Of a stretch of DNA of 64,000 bases, positions 61,647 to 64,000 are shown piece after piece. A program made the translations under genes and the position numbers. How positions within the stretch are numbered: the stretch's first letter is position 1; each line of letters begins with the position of its first letter. The notes beneath the pieces were generated by a model. The model saw only the letters and a program-made list of their open reading frames with translations, was not told where the DNA came from and searched no databases. Where the stretch lies: NCBI GenBank assembly GCA_004431415.1, contig QPMI01000542.1, positions 372,001 to 436,000 on the forward strand, written 5' to 3'. This stretch comes from Cyanophora paradoxa CCMP329. Its lineage: Eukaryota > Plantae > Glaucophyta.

Positions 61647-62655
61647 GGAGGGGAGGGGGGGGAGGGGGGGGGGACTCTGGAGAGAGTCCAGGGTACCCAG
61701 CCCTGGCCCCTGGGTCCCGGCGTGCACGGGCGGCGCACCCCCTCGGGGCCCCTCCCACTGCTGAACTAGTAGCCTAGTACTAGTACCGAGTCCGTGACGG
61801 TTTTTGAGTAGTACCAGTACGAGTACCGGTAGTACTTGTGTCGGTCCGTTGATCATGAAGCCTTGAAGCCTGATCGAAGATCTAGAGCTGCGACAGCCTG
61901 CGAGTCGGCGGGAGGCTCCGGCTCACGGCCGCCCGGAGCTATCGAGCAGCTAGCTCCTTTCCTCTCCTGTGCAGGAGACCCTTTCTCTAGCTATCTTTCC
62001 TTTCCTTGGACAATCTTTTCTTTCAGTCGAATGAACCTTCACGTCTACAACAGTAGATTTCATGGGGCTGTGCCCCTAGCCTGGAACTGATGTTCTCCTC
62101 CCCGGGCTCAGCCCCTAATGTGAACGCGAAGGCCTTTTTGGAAGTTTTTTGCCTTCGTCCCCCTGCAATATAGATAGGCAGAGGGGGGGGGGGGGGGGGG
62201 GGGGCGGGGGGGGGGGGGGGGGGGCTAGGACGAGGGTGCGCGCATAGGTAAGGACGCGCCCGCTCAGGACCCCACGGCGGCGACGGGAGCGGGAGGAGGC
62301 CAAGCTGGAGGAGACTCGAACGCGGCGTCGGCAGGGCCCAGCCGGGCCCGTAAGGCCGAGGTTTAGGAGCTTCGGCTCCCCACGTTCGGCCAGCGACGAC
62401 CTGCTCCCAACACCCCGCCGCACCCGTGGACTTGGGCGGCGCGATTCAAGACCCAGCGCAACAATCCTGAACCTACCCTCCCATCTCCCCCTCCCCACCT
62501 CCTCTCTCAACTCCCCCCCTCACGAGCGACCCGCGGCCATGTTTTAGAACCAGCAAGAGGGCATCTAGGACCGTGTAGCTCAGCATGCCTACGCCTCCTA
62601 CTTGAGGACCGGCGCATATTATGTGTTGGGGGCGACCTGTCGGCTACAGCTTCAG

Positions 62656-62797
62656 CATCAGCTCGACTACGACAACAAGCTATAGAACCGAGCTCGCCCT
62701 TTTTCCTCAGTGTAGCTTGGCTTTCCCAGTATCCGGTAGGCGTGGAGCGGGGGACTGCTGTCATGTGTGTACGAATGGAGCAGACTTTCCAAAAAAA
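62656..62797 (+). mobile_element. Non-LTR family D 3' end with A7 (probably extends further 5')
   Basis: Near-identical reverse complement of the TSD-flanked insertion at 29130-29267, ending gcagactttcc-A7. Confidence 0.75.
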
Positions 62798-63351
62798 CAA
62801 TCTTCAGTGTCTTCACTAAGTTCACTCTCAGAGTCTCCGACTCTGATGACTCCGAGTCTCGTGCCATGCATGGGTGACGGCGAGTCGCGATCGCGATTCG
62901 CGAGAGAGTCGCGATCGCGATTCGCGAGCTGTTCATTCCCTCGGCGATTCGTCGTCGCTCCGCGGCCTCCGCCTGCCTTTTTTGCCGCACTCAGGGAGCG
63001 ACCAATGGGTTTCGAAAGATGTGGCAGTTGTAAATTAAAAAAACCCATGTCCACATTTGTTTTCGACCAATTGCAAAATTCAATCGGGGCAGTTTGTGCG
63101 CAGCGTACCCCCCCGTCCGGGTCCTCCCGCGCGCGCGCGGCGCCGCCGGCGCGGCGCCCGCGCCGGCCAGCCCGCGGCCGGGCCAGGCGCGATCACACTG
63201 TGAGTCTGTGACTCTGTGAGTCGACGTCTGTGACAGCAGCAGCTGCAGCTGGCATCAGCGCCGTATCATAGCACGTGCGCACGCCGCGCGCTATAGCTAG
63301 CGCTGCAGCTGTACTTCTGGCGGAGCGGAGCGGAAGGCGAAATTCGCAGAA

Positions 63352-64000
63352 ATGTCGCTGAACGCGAAGCGGGCGCCGAAGCGTGTGTGCTTCTCGGACG
63401 ACCTGCAGCTGGAGCACCTGCGGCGGGCGGCCTCTGAAGGCAGCGGCGCCGCGGCGTGCGGCTTCGGAGCCTCCGCGGCCGCGCCCGGCAGCAGTCGGAG
63501 CGGCCCGAGGTGCGCACGTGGGGGCGGAGGCCTTGGCCTAGGCCGCGCGGGCGCGAGCGTTACGGCGGCCGCGGCCGACGAGGCGGGGGCGAGCTCGCTG
63601 GACCTGCTCGACGACGCCTTGCTCTCTCGCATCTTTTTGGAGGCCGCCAGGCGCCCCGGGCCCCCCGCGGCCGCGCGCGGCCAAGCGATTCATATTGCCG
63701 CGGCCGCGGGGTTCATCACGGGCCCCGATTTCGACTATGATCTCGAAGGTCGGCCGCGGGCTCCCCGAAAATTGAACGTTACGCCTGTTTCTGCCGCGTA
63801 CAATCGCTCATCGACGCCCTCTCGCAGAGTACTGCGGCCTGTCTGCTCTGGAAAGCCTCCGGCTGGTTTCGAGGCGCTTCCGGCGGGCGGCGGAGGACCC
63901 CGCGCTCTGGAGGTAAGCCGCTTTCGAGCCCTTTTCATGAATTTCGCGCGTTTCCCCGACTCGCGATCGCGTCAATTGCGAGTTGCGCCGTCGCTCACGT
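63352..64000 (+). CDS. 5' part of an F-box-like protein gene running off the window
   Basis: ATG at 63352, MSLNAKRAPKRVCFSDD...SSLDLLDDALLSRIFLEA, matches the start of an F-box. The frame is open up to a gtaag donor at about 63912. Confidence 0.5.
   Translation, partial: MSLNAKRAPKRVCFSDDLQLEHLRRAASEGSGAAACGFGASAAAPGSSRSGPRCARGGGGLGLGRAGASVTAAAADEAGASSLDLLDDALLSRIFLEAARRPGPPAAARGQAIHIAAAAGFITGPDFDYDLEGRPRAPRKLNVTPVSAAYNRSSTPSRRVLRPVCSGKPPAGFEALPAGGGGPRALEVSRFRALFMNFARFPDSRSRQLRVAPSLT

Overview
A GC-rich, very intron-dense eukaryotic region, so most long ORFs in the track are shadow or intron-read-through frames. The style suggests a unicellular alga or protist such as the glaucophyte Cyanophora, but this is a guess. 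Splicing the exons by hand gives, in order: a winged-helix-like gene (+, from 341); a Cys-less, ELIC/GLIC-like pentameric ligand-gated ion channel fused behind five tandem beta-rich repeat modules (-, 11313 to 3408; the standout find); an insulysin/M16A peptidase (-, 21993 to 12592); a divergent coiled-coil gene (+, 22429-28983); a nest of four 5'-truncated non-LTR retrotransposon insertions (29109-34024); a gene built of exon-bounded FxxW modules (+, 34178-40403); a Doa10/MARCH6-like RINGv E3 ligase (-, 50619 to 40905) hit in two coding exons, by a gag-only LTR element (44790-49223) and an in-frame LINE fragment (41039-42240); an F-box gene (-, 54627 to 52818); a second coiled-coil gene with an intronic 83-bp tandem array (+, 54871-61646); and the start of another F-box-like gene (63352 onward). 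GC-AG introns are unusually common, and exon-end plus donor sequences recur as copies inside the downstream intron. All gene models are manual and unconfirmed by transcripts or database searches.
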